A DNA stretch of 60,752 nucleotides, the filler included, from Circinaria calcarea (taxonomy: Eukaryota), in assembly GCA_051942165.1 (NCBI GenBank). It is 7 parts of 7 records of this genome, joined end to end, with 100 filler letters (N's around TTAATTAATTAA, not from the genome) between each part and the next. Parts side by side here need not be neighbours in the genome. Positions count along the whole stretch, not along the records: positions 17,407 to 26,005 come from JAVECS010001083.1; positions 26,106 to 34,701 come from JAVECS010001084.1; 5 more parts are not named here. The stretch is one strand, 5' to 3'. Each line of letters starts with the position of its first letter. Within the stretch, counting starts at the first letter, position 1. This document shows positions 20,662 to 31,822 of the stretch, one piece after another. A program made the translations under genes and the position numbers. The notes beneath the pieces are model-generated. The model made no database searches. It saw only the letters and a list, made by a program, of their open reading frames with translations, and was not told where the DNA came from.

Positions 20662-23259
20662 ATGAGTTCGGACGATGACGAATCCAATAAGGGGGACGAT
20701 GATTTGTTGGAAGAGGAAATCAATAATGCCTTAGCCATCAGTATCAGCAAGGAACAAACAAGACTGTTGTCTCCAACAACTTCTGCTGCAGCTAGAACGG
20801 CCGCTATCGATGATAAAAGAGACTGGGACTTCCTTGACGGGGCAAACGGGGATACTTTGGCGGACAGCCTACGAAAAAGTCGGCCTTCTTCTTTAGATCC
20901 ATCGCGACTCGAGTTTCTAGCCGAATCGCACGTGTTAGAATCACAGGAAGATCTGGCTATGCCACGGGCTTTGCCATCACCGTGGATTGTGACACCCAAA
21001 GCTTTCGAGAAGCCCAGCGAAGCTAAGAGCACCGGGAACATTCAGAACAGTCGGTCCAGAGCCTCTACTGGACCTTCAAGCATGCTTACGGATCTTAACG
21101 TAAGGCGCGTCTTATCGAGTCTTGGCATCCCTACGTCGATAGACCAGAGACCCTTTAAGGAGTTGTCACTCCCACGTCTTCCTACAATACTTGGGGGAAC
21201 AATGGAAACCAGTGGTAATGAGAGAATCCGTGGCAGGTCGAATCGTTCAAGCTCGTTTCACATTTCAAGGTTTCCTTGGAGGAGCAGCACCGCTCAGACT
21301 AAAAGTCCATCTAAGGATATTTCTTCAGATCCTAGACCTGACAGTGCCAAAATGCCGCAAAACAAATGTGCTGGGCCTGCTATTTCCCCGCATGCACAGC
21401 CTCAACTCCAACCTAGCACCGAAATTGGTAGTGGTAACGGTGCTACGGCATCTCAGCATTCTATGATGCCTAAATTATGTCGAGCATCATCGGGCCTGTC
21501 TAATCCTCCCCAAAGTGCCTTGTCGAAGGTTTCTTCACTCGGCGATGACAGTCGATGGGAAAATGTACAGGGGCAAGTCAACAGTAGAACGAAAGCCATT
21601 ATTGATAGCTTTCTTGATAGCAATTTCAAGCTTCCTAATTTTTCAAGCCTCAATCTCAGTGCTCTACGTCCAGATTTCATGCTTCAGCGAGACCCTAGTG
21701 ATTCAAGATTCCAGACTCAAGCTGCAAAGGGGGTCGCAGAGCTGGAAAATCTCTGCGACCCAGAAACAGGATACCCCCATGGGCAAATGTTGGACGGTAG
21801 AGCGCATCCCGGCCAAAGTCAGAGATCGTTAAAATCTGCACATCGTTACCTTAACGACGCTCTCACTTGTCTAACTGGAGACATTGTGATAATGGGGGGT
21901 TATCGAGGCTCGATTCTCCGCTCTGCGGATCCACCGCATCGCCAACTTTGGGTCCCGGTGAAAGTCGGGTTGAACATCAGAAAGGTGAATCTAGAGGTAG
22001 GCTTAGAACCAGAGGACGAAGAAAACATGGAAGAAAAAGTTTTTGCATCTGGTATGCTAACACATATTGGACCTATTGACATGTCACGTCGATTGTTGAA
22101 AAGACTAAGATCGTGTCAGAACGCACAAGAAGGAAAATTAAGAATTCATGATTATGGATATGATTGGCGGTTGAGTCCGCATTTGCTAAGTCGAAAGCTT
22201 GTAAAATACCTTGAGGGTCTGGAATGCAATGCAGCATGCAAGTCTGGTCCGGGGAGAGGCGCCACGGTCATCGCTCACAGCCTTGGAGGTCTGATCGCAC
22301 GGCACGCTGTGAATCAGAGGCCGGATTTGTTTGCTGGCGTGGTGTATGCCGGTGTTCCGCAGTACTGTGTCAACATACTAGGGCCCTTACGGAACGGCGA
22401 TGAGGTACTCCTAAGCTCGAAAGTGCTTACAGCGCAGGTCAACTTTACTTTGCGGACTAGTTTTCTTCTTCTACCAGAGAGTGGAGAGTGTTTCATCGAT
22501 AAGGAAACAAAGGAACGGTATGCTGTTGATTTTTTCAACGTGTCCGCCTGGAAAGATTATGCCTTCTCACCGTGCATAGCACCAGCTCTACCAGCGTTGG
22601 GTATACCCGAAAGGAAAGGCCTTTTCGGGCCAGTTTCAGGAAGTCTTCCTTCACTCATTGGGAGGAAAGTATACATGCCTTTTACACGTTCCGCGCCTTC
22701 CAACGTCACCGTACCAAATGATGATTTAACAGTAGCCGACGGCGCAGCAAACAAAATAGACGATATCGCTCATCCTGACAACCGCGGCCTGAACATGCAA
22801 ATGGGGCAATGTGAATCTGACCCATCCTCTGCGGTGTCAACGATTCCAATTGCATCTGCCCTTGCCTACCTTCAACGTACCCTTGCTGCTACCCTTGCTT
22901 TCAAACGTGAACTTGCATTTGATCATCAGCATTGCTCTTCAAACGCTTATCCTCCTCTGGCAGTCATCTACTCGACCTCTACACCAACGGTTTATGGTGC
23001 CCGAGTTTCTGATCGTGAGGGGATTAGAAGAACGGATGCATATAATGATCTGGTATTTGCGAGCGGAGACGGAGTGGTGCTTGCGAGGGCGGCGATGTTA
23101 CCAAAGGGGTATACAGTCGCCGAGGGGGGTAGGGTGAGGACTGAAAGGGGGCATGTGGGTTTGTTGGGGGACCTGGAGGCGGTGGGAAAGTGCTTAGGGG
23201 CTATATCGAGGGCTAGGAGAGGTGGTGTAGGGTTAGGTGTCAGTCCGGAAGCGGCGTGA
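20662..23259 (+). CDS. Alpha/beta-hydrolase (LCAT/lipase-like fold, yeast YJR098C-like) with a long disordered N-terminus
   Basis: 865-aa ORF containing GDIVIMGGYRGSILR, YGYDWRLSP, the nucleophile elbow IAHSLGG, GDGVV and RGHVGLLGD. The start may extend upstream. Confidence 0.85.
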   Translation: MSSDDDESNKGDDDLLEEEINNALAISISKEQTRLLSPTTSAAARTAAIDDKRDWDFLDGANGDTLADSLRKSRPSSLDPSRLEFLAESHVLESQEDLAMPRALPSPWIVTPKAFEKPSEAKSTGNIQNSRSRASTGPSSMLTDLNVRRVLSSLGIPTSIDQRPFKELSLPRLPTILGGTMETSGNERIRGRSNRSSSFHISRFPWRSSTAQTKSPSKDISSDPRPDSAKMPQNKCAGPAISPHAQPQLQPSTEIGSGNGATASQHSMMPKLCRASSGLSNPPQSALSKVSSLGDDSRWENVQGQVNSRTKAIIDSFLDSNFKLPNFSSLNLSALRPDFMLQRDPSDSRFQTQAAKGVAELENLCDPETGYPHGQMLDGRAHPGQSQRSLKSAHRYLNDALTCLTGDIVIMGGYRGSILRSADPPHRQLWVPVKVGLNIRKVNLEVGLEPEDEENMEEKVFASGMLTHIGPIDMSRRLLKRLRSCQNAQEGKLRIHDYGYDWRLSPHLLSRKLVKYLEGLECNAACKSGPGRGATVIAHSLGGLIARHAVNQRPDLFAGVVYAGVPQYCVNILGPLRNGDEVLLSSKVLTAQVNFTLRTSFLLLPESGECFIDKETKERYAVDFFNVSAWKDYAFSPCIAPALPALGIPERKGLFGPVSGSLPSLIGRKVYMPFTRSAPSNVTVPNDDLTVADGAANKIDDIAHPDNRGLNMQMGQCESDPSSAVSTIPIASALAYLQRTLAATLAFKRELAFDHQHCSSNAYPPLAVIYSTSTPTVYGARVSDREGIRRTDAYNDLVFASGDGVVLARAAMLPKGYTVAEGGRVRTERGHVGLLGDLEAVGKCLGAISRARRGGVGLGVSPEAA

Positions 23260-23661
23260 AGTGATTAGGGGAGCCTCAAACATGAACATTCCACAAAAAT
23301 GAGAATTTAACACCAATAGACACTTATGTTTGATATGCCATCGGATTACAGACGTTAGCGTCGTGTGAAATCCACCATAGAGTCGCAGTTGTCCTCTTAC
23401 CACGCCTTCTATCACTACTCGTTATTGTGTGAACTGTTCCTCGAGTCGTACGTAGTAGGTCCATGAGTACAAAAGAGTATATCTAGTTCTACATCATTCA
23501 CTTTGCTTGTACTATATGGTAATCAATCTTGTACACCCGAAAAATCTTAACTTCCGAGGCATCTTTCCAAACGGATTCCTCTGCCTCTCAAACAAAATAA
23601 CGTTGAATGCATGTTGATTGACATCAGGTTGAGAAATTACCAAAAAAAAAACTGATTTTAT

Positions 23662-23745
23662 CGACCACGGGGCGATTCGAACGCCCAATCTCCAGTGAAA
23701 ATCCTGAACCGAAAACTGGCGCCTTAACCATTAGGCCACGCGGCC
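23662..23745 (-). tRNA. tRNA-Arg(UCG) with an ~11-nt intron
   Basis: Minus strand GGCCGCG TGGCCTAATGGTTAAGGCG CCAGT TT-TCG-G [TTCAGGATTTT] C ACTGG AGATT GGGCG TTCGAAT CGCCC CGTGGTC G. All stems pair. A poly-T terminator follows (A-run at 23642-23651 on the + strand). Confidence 0.93.
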
Positions 23746-24023
23746 AATCATATTAATATATTACTATTTGTTTAAATATTAATTTTCCAAGATCGGAAAA
23801 TAGCAAAATCAGGAAAATTAGAATATCTAACCGCAAAACGCTAATGTTAGTGCCTCGATACTTAAAGTCTTAAAACCTCTCCTATGGTAGGTTCGTGCTC
23901 AGGCAATTATTTAGATATATATTCGTGCTTACAGTCGAGGGCGTGGTGATTAATCACAATACACCGTCCAGCTCAGTATTTCCTAATCGTCCTTCACCAT
24001 TGACCCTCTGTCCACCATCTTAA

Positions 24024-25322
24024 ATGTCTGCCTCGTTACCAGGCAATCGGGACCTCCCCGCCTCTCAGTACGACCTCAATACCTACTGGGGGCGCGTCAG
24101 ACAGTCTGCAGAGATAGCTGATCCTAGGTGAGGATATCAATGGAGCCACCTCACCAGGTTTGGTGCGGTAGGTATACCTTTGTTACCCTCCACCTGTAAT
24201 GCTAGTCCAAGCTTCTGTAGAGCAGAGCTGATAGCATTTCTGGTCCAGAACACTATTCGTTTCGGCGTCAGGTCTCGAAAATGCGAAGAAACTCGTTTCG
24301 TCCTATAAGCAAGGGCAGATTAAGTCGATGACTCCGGAGTTGTGGCAGGCGAAGAAAGTGGTGGACTCTACATTACATCCAGGTAGGATTATGGCCCCGG
24401 AATTGGCAGTCATTGGTCTGCTGCTGATCATAACAGACACCGGCGAGCTAGTCTTTCTACCGTTTAGAATGTCGTGTTTTGTCATATCGAATTTGATTGT
24501 CACGGCTGGTATGCTCGCTCCAGGTTTACAGGTGGGCATGCCTTCAGTTCCGTTACCTAAAATTCCCTGCTGACAATCCTTAAGACCACCGGCACCCTTT
24601 TATGGCAAATCACCAATCAGTCTCTCAACGTGGCCATAAACAGCGCCAATGCCAATAAGTCGACCCCCCTCTCAACCTCCACAATGGCAAAATCCTATGT
24701 CCTGGCCGTCTCCGCATCCTGTACAGTAGCGCTTGGTCTCAACGCACTCGTCCCTCGTATAAAACGACTCTCCCCTGCTGCAAAAACGACTCTCACCCGG
24801 CTAGTACCGTTTGCGGCCGTAGCGACGGCAGGGGCGCTCAATGTCTTTTTGATGCGCGGAGAGGAAATAAGACAAGGAATCGACGTCTTCCCGGTTCTAA
24901 CGGAGGAAGAGAAGATCCAAAAGGAGAAGGACGGCATCCAAGTCCAGAGTCTTGGCAAGAGCAAGAAAGCCGCCACCTTGGCGGTGGGCGAGACGGCTAT
25001 CAGCAGAGTTTTGAACGCAACGCCGATTATGGTCCTTCCGCCTCTGATCCTGGTACGACTCCAACGGATGGAATGGTTGAAGAAGCGGCCAAGACTGACA
25101 CTGCCAGTGAATCTTGGTGGGATCACCTTATATTTGCATTTTCGATCATCTACAACTAACTTTTCCCGCGCAGGCTTGATTTTAACCACGTCGATATTTG
25201 CCTTGCCCTTGGCACTAGCGGCGTTTCCTCAGAGACAAGCGGTGCAAGCACAGACATTGGAGAAGGAATTCCGGAGTAAAGGAGGCAAAGACGGGATGGT
25301 AGAATTCAACCGTGGCATCTGA
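24024..25322 (+). CDS. FSF1: Sideroflexin (mitochondrial tricarboxylate/serine carrier), 5 exons
   Basis: MSASLPGNRDLPASQYDLNTYWGRVR...DSTLHPDTGELVFLPFRMSCFV...WQITNQSLNVAINSANANKS...RLVPFAAVA...VEFNRGI*. Four GT-AG introns. Confidence 0.95.
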
Positions 25323-26005
25323 TGTGGATCCGGAGGATAGGCACATTAAACCCAGAGACTCCCGGGCCTCCTTCCGTTCGAAGTAAGGGACCATAAGGGA
25401 TTGTATTTCTTGGAACATCTACAGACCCGCCCAGTCTTTCTCAAGCGTATGTACACGTAACTTTCTAGCTACAATCTGCCATATTTCTCCAATTTAGTTC
25501 AGGTGAACCAGTTTCCTATCTATGCACTTGCCCCCTCTCCCAGAGTCCTCCATGTTCCCCAAAGCCAAAGCACTTATTTCCTCGTCATCATCGCCCATAC
25601 TTTCCCATTTCTCTTTTCCTCTCTCCATCAGCTTTTACCAGCTTTTTGCTTTTTTCAATAACGAAAATTCCCCGCTCTCCGGGAATCAGGTACACACCGG
25701 CTTTGATTTGAAACTGGACCCTGTCCACACCGGACTATGCATGGGGGGATTGATCTTCCCCTGCGGAGCGGGCCCCCGGGCTAATGGTGAAAACCTGTCT
25801 TTCTTCCCCCTTCCTACCGTTCCTCGCGTATTCCCTTTCCCCTTTCCCCTTTCCCCCTTCTCCAAACGCCAAGACCCCAGGCTTTGAGAACCCCCCGCTT
25901 TCCTGATTTTTCAGATTCCTTCCTCTTCCCCAAGGAAGAACCGACCCAGATTGCATCCTACCTACCTCCTCTGAGTGTCCGGCTCTCTCCCTACTCTTGG
26001 TCTTG

Positions 26006-26105
26006 NNNNNNNNNNNNNNNNNNNNNNNNNNNNNNNNNNNNNNNNNNNNTTAATTAATTAANNNNNNNNNNNNNNNNNNNNNNNNNNNNNNNNNNNNNNN
26101 NNNNN
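26006..26105. other. Artificial contig linker
   Basis: N44-TTAATTAATTAA-N44. Confidence 0.99.
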
Positions 26106-26579
26106 TGGAAAGATGTAACGTCTGCTTGGACACCAGTTTTGGAATTGAGGGTAGCGTTGAGCATCATGTTCTGCAGCTGATAGATGGCGGGGATGGAAGA
26201 GTAGGTCTCATAGTAAATACCGGTGAAGAAGTTTGCCGGCGCTTTCACATAGCACGGGTTTGCAGGGCCACCGAGGGAGGGTGGTACACGCGCAACAACG
26301 GTACTGCAAGTCGTCGCTTCGACCCCAGCTTCAGGTTCACGCTTGACAAGAGGTTCGGCTCCTTCGATCTCCGCCTCGGCAGATTGATCGAGTAATGCAG
26401 ATGCGGCAACTGAATTGTAACTGTCAACGCCGATCATTGCACCATGGAACTGTCGAGGGAACGTGCAGGTTTGTGGAACAGGTACTAGGCAAAATAAATA
26501 ACGACATACCGTGAAAATAACCCATCAGCAGTCTCCCAACAATCATAACAACGGCCGAGATGACGATCGTGGCTCTCAT
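26106..26579 (-). CDS. Probable secreted protein of unknown function, 3'-truncated
   Basis: Hydrophobic N-terminus MRATIVISAVVMIV, a probable intron (~26452-26509), then an ORF with a KR-EPEA Kex2-like site and a Cys pair. The exon frame junction is unresolved. Confidence 0.4.
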
Positions 26580-27233
26580 CTTGATGTGTGTCGACGTAGT
26601 TGACGTGAGCTTGGAGAAGGAGGTGGGCTGGAGGGTTTGTGGTGAATTTCCAGTCGTGGTATCTTGAGGTTATGACGATGTTGCAAATGGTATATGGGGA
26701 GTAGACCGGCAGGGCGTTGAAGCAAGAATAGTGGAGATGTGAGGACGGTCGTAGAACTTATAGCCTCTTAGACAGAGTATTCATCGTTGCTATCATTTCA
26801 ACCCTTGAACTGTATCGAAAATTCATATGTCAGATAAGGTTACACGAAAGAGAATCTAGGCCAAACATGCAAGGCACAAGAAACAGATGCTCCAATTACA
26901 CCGAATAGCTTAGCGTAGGTCAGCGCAGACAGGCGAGAGGCCTTACCTGCTACATACTGTGGTACACACACACATCTGTGCCATGTAAGGGATCGATGGC
27001 GGAGTGCATAAGCTCCTTTAAGACATCTGACATGGACCAACTATTGCCGCCTTTCCGAGCATCACCGTAGACCAATCGCTACGGAAACCGCGTTAAGACC
27101 AGACATCGAGTGTACAAAGCAGCCGAGCGTAGGCTCCAAGCCTCTATGGCTCGTTGCAAGATGCAGAATCGTAGACGCAGGCTCCAAGCCGTACACGTGC
27201 ATAATAACAGATGCCAAAAAATATTGCATGCAC

Positions 27234-29133
27234 TCAGTAATTAAAATCCTCATACACCATCTCTTTACCCTCGAGCCACTCCATGAGATTCTTTCTGAGT
27301 GCCGTGCCGGCGCAGATGTACCACCTGGACGAGTGGCCCTCTTCGTCCCGGAGATCCGTTGCCGTTAACCTCCTTTTAATGACATGGGCTCCGAACGCAT
27401 CTAATCTCCCCCAAATATCCCTGTCACTCTCTGACAGGGCATGAACCTCGCCTGACACAAACAGGGTGGTAGAGCTAGCCAGCCTACGGTTTCTTTCAAA
27501 GGTATCGGTGACCAGTCCAATGTCCCGAATGTTGATCGTCCAAACCAAACGCACCTTTGTCACATCCAAACCTGACAGCTGTCCCAGCAATGGTGTGATA
27601 CCTATCCCGCCGGCCACGAAAGAGATTGCCCCACGTGCATCGGGTTTGATCACAAATTCTCCACCAAATCCCCGCAATGGAATCTCCAACCGGTTCCTCT
27701 CAGCTTGTCGGAACATGAATCTTGTGGCATCTCCAACTTTACGGATCGTGATCTCGAACTCATCCTCTGGGAGTTCTCCTGGCATGGAAGAAACCGTGAA
27801 GGTCCTAACGTAATCATCGTTAAGACTCTTTGGATCGTCGTCACGCATGTGGCTGTAGCCTATGCTAAGCTCAGTTTCGAAGGAGAGGGCAACGTATTGA
27901 CCGGGAGTGGGTCGACCTATAGCAGCAGGATTGCTGATTTGTAAACGAAATCGTGCTATTGTCGGCGTAAGGAGATCCTTTCCAATCAACCTTGCAGCTA
28001 CCGCATTGCCTTTGTGAGTCGCTTGCAAGCCTAGATCTATCCGCTCAGAGCGAAGGAACCGAACGGGAGGATTATAAGGTGAGGGTTCGCCTGGTCTGCC
28101 ACGGAAAGAAAGGCCGTGTTGGATAAACCGTGCTGCAGTTACATTGACTTTGACCACTAAATTCGAGCGTGGGAGTATGGAAGCTGCCTCCTCGCCGACG
28201 AGTATCTCGGTCGAGGACGTAATGTATAGAACATCTCCAGAGTCAAAGTCCGGAAAGACGAATCCTGCTCTAGGGGTAGTCTGCAAATTGCCCAATGTCT
28301 GGTAAAGACGATTCCCTGAATACTCGGGATAGGCTAAGGTAACACCGGCGGCATCATTTGATACAAGTCGTACAAACCCCGGGGAGCCGCCACGATAATT
28401 CGTCCCCATTGAACGGCCCTGATTGGAAGATGACACGAAGAAGAGGTCAGCTTTTGCAAGCAGCTTGATCGCCTCCTCCCCTAGAGGAAGTGAGTTAGAC
28501 ACCAGCTTAGGGTCTGGCAACGACGCAGTAATCTCTTTCTTATTCAGGTATTTTGGACAATTGCCTAATTGAAGTAAGCTCCTCATTCGGGGTCCTCGAG
28601 AGACTGCAAGGCATTCACTCACCTAAACTCTGTTCAACTTTCATCACAAATTGGACTTCCCCAACTGCCGCTTTCCCTTCTTGCAGACACGAACCAACCT
28701 GGCTCAAAGCACCGGCAACCATTCTTCCGGATAATTTTACTCGCTTCCTCTTCATTAGATCAATGAATAGACCCGAAACCGGCCTCCCGGCCCCTCCGTC
28801 TTCCTTGACCACCTCGCCATCCGCCCTGCCGCCGAGCAAAGCTTCAATCACCGGATCGTGTTTCGCATCAACAAGCCCGTTGACTCCTAGAATAGATGAA
28901 CCCAGTGGTCGGGCAAACCCGGGCTCACCGCCCCATACTGATGTCCATGGTCGCTGCAACGCATCCAGGGTACCAATGGCAAGAATGGGAGCTGTCTGGG
29001 CAAGGAATGCGGCGCCTGGCGTGAGAAAGGGGGAGGTCGGGTTCTCTTGATAAGGGACATGAAGGGATTTTTGCATTTCTACTTCACCCTTGTGCCATGG
29101 TAAAGTGTCGCTTTCAGTGTGTAAGAACGCCAT
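27234..29133 (-). CDS. Flavin oxidoreductase: pyridoxamine-5'-phosphate-oxidase-like split barrels fused to an FNR-type FAD/NAD-binding module
   Basis: LPWHKGE, GTLDALQRPWTSVWGGEPGF, SLG|NCPKY (intron ~28566-28623), YPEYSGNRLYQTLGN, VRTFTVSS, FVAGGIGITP, YICAG, EDFNY*. Confidence 0.9.
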
Positions 29134-29897
29134 AAGGAAGGCTATCAAACTCTATAATCCAACAACCAAAGAAGAAAGGAAATCAGCAGTACGAGAAGAA
29201 AAGTTTTGCCCTATCCAGACATTAAGAGTTGTGCGTATATATGTGCAAGTGTTGAGAATTGTTCCTTAACTGTGTCCTTTTGTAGCGAGAAAATGGAGGC
29301 GCGAGCGGGATAATTCAATGGAGGGGCAGATTGGTTAAAATATGCATGTCGGCAATTTGGTTGACAAATACCAACCCTTCTTTAGAGCCGTTACCGTACC
29401 TATTTGGAAAGCTGACTGCTGTATGAACGAGTCAATACTGGGACCGGTCGAGGCGTCAACGCTGAATAAGCCATTGCAAGCTAGCCTTGGGAAAAGAAAT
29501 CTATCCGACTAGAAAACCGACTTGCGCAGCTATGGCTCTAAGGCTTCAACAAGGAGCATTGGAACCCTCCAGGGAGATATTCTATTCGGAGGCACTAGGG
29601 ACCAGAAGCGCGAGTTCCCAAAGCATCTCATTCCGGGCATGAACATCTCTTCGTACATAACACCGGCTGTTACTAAACAAGGCCCGATTCGATGACAGAT
29701 TGTAAGATTAGTGGACATGATGATCCATAATAGACGCCAAATGAGAAATCATCAGCATGCGGCCAAAGACGCCTCCAAGATGTTGATGCTCGGCTATGCC
29801 CGTGATTACACCAACTATTCCCCTTAAAATCCAAGCGCTCTTACGCCAAGGCTCCGCTGAGGTTGGTAATAGCCACTGCCTTTTGGACACCCTTTTC

Positions 29898-30772
29898 TCA
29901 AACCCCATGTCCATTCGCATACCCACCGTGTAAGTGCATCGCGCCAACACCATCGTATGATGTCTGCTCGCTCGGTGCACTGTAGCCGAAGTCTTGAGCT
30001 TCGATGGGCCGCTGCACTTTGTAAGGCTTCTTGACGTGGGAGGACTCGGGAAATTCGAGTGAAGCTTGTCCGTACGACTCGTGGAGCACGTCGGGCGTCA
30101 GATTTGGAGGGGCCTTTATATCCTGCATAGAGTTATAGGTGCCTCGGGACGCAACTTTGCGGTTCACCCGGACATCGAGAAGAAGGGAGAGCACACTGGA
30201 GAGCCTGCCACGCGTGAAAAATGAACGGGGTCAGCTAAGTGGGAGATACGGGTGCGTTTGAGTGACGAGGATAGCCCAGAACGTACATTCCAGTTACGGT
30301 AAAGGCAGTCAGTGCCTTGTACAGTCGGCACACCATGACCCCGGCCTGACTCGTCCAGTTGAGGATAACGCATCTGTGTGTAAGGGTTTGGCTCAAATTC
30401 CACGCCAGTAGCCCGAAACCGAGCATCCAAAGGACAGTCAAAAAGCCATTGATACCTGCACTGAGCCTTGGCTTCAACATCCTTTGGTGATAGAACAATG
30501 TCGTGGTCAGATAAGTGACGATGGTCAAGAGAGAGACTGTAAAAAGCTTTACCAACAGCGTCAGTACAATTGTCCTCCAACACCCGTCTAACCTGACCAC
30601 GTACAAGTATGAACGTCCATGGAATCGCGTAAGTCTCGATGAGGAGGAAGTGGATGAAATAAGCCAGGATGCTAGACACAATAACGGAGGAAAGAAGTTG
30701 GGCCAGCCGAATGAGATGGAAGGCGAGGGGAGGATACTCGGACGGTGGTCGTGAGATCTTTGCCTTGGCCAT
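29898..30772 (-). CDS. Four-TM MARVEL-like fungal membrane protein, 3 exons
   Basis: MAKAKISRPPSEYPPLAFHLIRLAQLLSS...|LFTVSLLT...LWMLGFGLL...C...VCRLYKALTAF|...LLLDVRV...FGYSAPSEQTSY...*. Confidence 0.75.
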
Positions 30773-30971
30773 CCTGTGTGCAAGATCCAGATGGAAAGCA
30801 GGAGACAAGAGAAAACGAGTGACTACAGCTTCTGAGAGAGCTGATGAGATTCAAAATCGTCGCATCCCCGAGCAGATTACCTGGACTCCGGATTTGGTGC
30901 GGCGCAGCCCGTCCCGACTCCCGGGCCATCTGCAGCTCTATGGTACCTCCATATGTAAAATCCTGTTCCAA

Positions 30972-31408
30972 AACGAACACCACTTTTTGGAATCTCGGGC
31001 CCTCGAAAAACCACCTCGAAAATCAGCGAATTATATATTTAACCCGCAACCACTGGTCACAAATTAATAAAACTTACATATATTTTAGATTATAGTGTAT
31101 TCTAGTAAATCTATAATTTTCAGATGATTTCAGCCAATACTCATGCTAGAATTAATTAAAATTAAGAATTCTACTGGTTGAATCGCAAGCTCATATGAAC
31201 ATAGCTTAAAATTTTAAAAAATCACGAATTACTTTCTATTCTTAACGTAGAATAGGCTAGAATTTTAATATATTATAGATCAACACTAGATCCAATATAT
31301 GCTAGCTTTTTAGTAGAAAAAGCCTTATGGGTGTAGAGAAATAATAAGATTCGTTGATTTTCGAGGTGGTTTTTCGAGGGCCCGAGATTCCAAAAAGTGG
31401 TGTTCGTT
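30972..31408. mobile_element. Foldback/MITE-like element with ~60-bp near-perfect TIRs and an AT-rich core; no TSD found
   Basis: AACGAACACCACTTTTTGGAATCTCGGGCCCTCGAAAAACCACCTCGAAAATCA(G/A)CGAAT occurs at 30972 (+) and inverted ending at 31408. Confidence 0.85.
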
Positions 31409-31822
31409 CGAGGGTAACCTGAAACACCCCTTCTATGAATACCTCTTTCTAGGGGTTTACTGTACCTCATGAAGGCATCATTGAACTGAACCGCTCGGGT
31501 GTCCCCAGGCCCAATACCCAACACCTAATACGCTAAACTCATGATCTTCCAAACCATACTCGTCTACAACAGCTACCAGAGAATCAAAAGTACTTGACCT
31601 GCCTATATCCACTATCGATAGCAACTGGCATCCCCACTCTAAACGTTGCGAGAGGAGCTACCTTACTTCTATGTCCTTTTCAAACCCATATCACTCAAGA
31701 CACCAGCATAGTTAGCAGGACTCGGTGATCAAGTAGGACACCCGTCCTTCAGCACGCCTCCAGTCCTGCGAAAGGTATCCATCTAGCGACTGTGGTTAAA
31801 GGAGGAAGTGAGCGAGGATTCA

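Noticed and set aside
25522..26005. 121-aa Pro/Phe/Ser-rich ORF at the end of contig 3
   Set aside because: Arises from pyrimidine-rich low-complexity sequence. No coding evidence.
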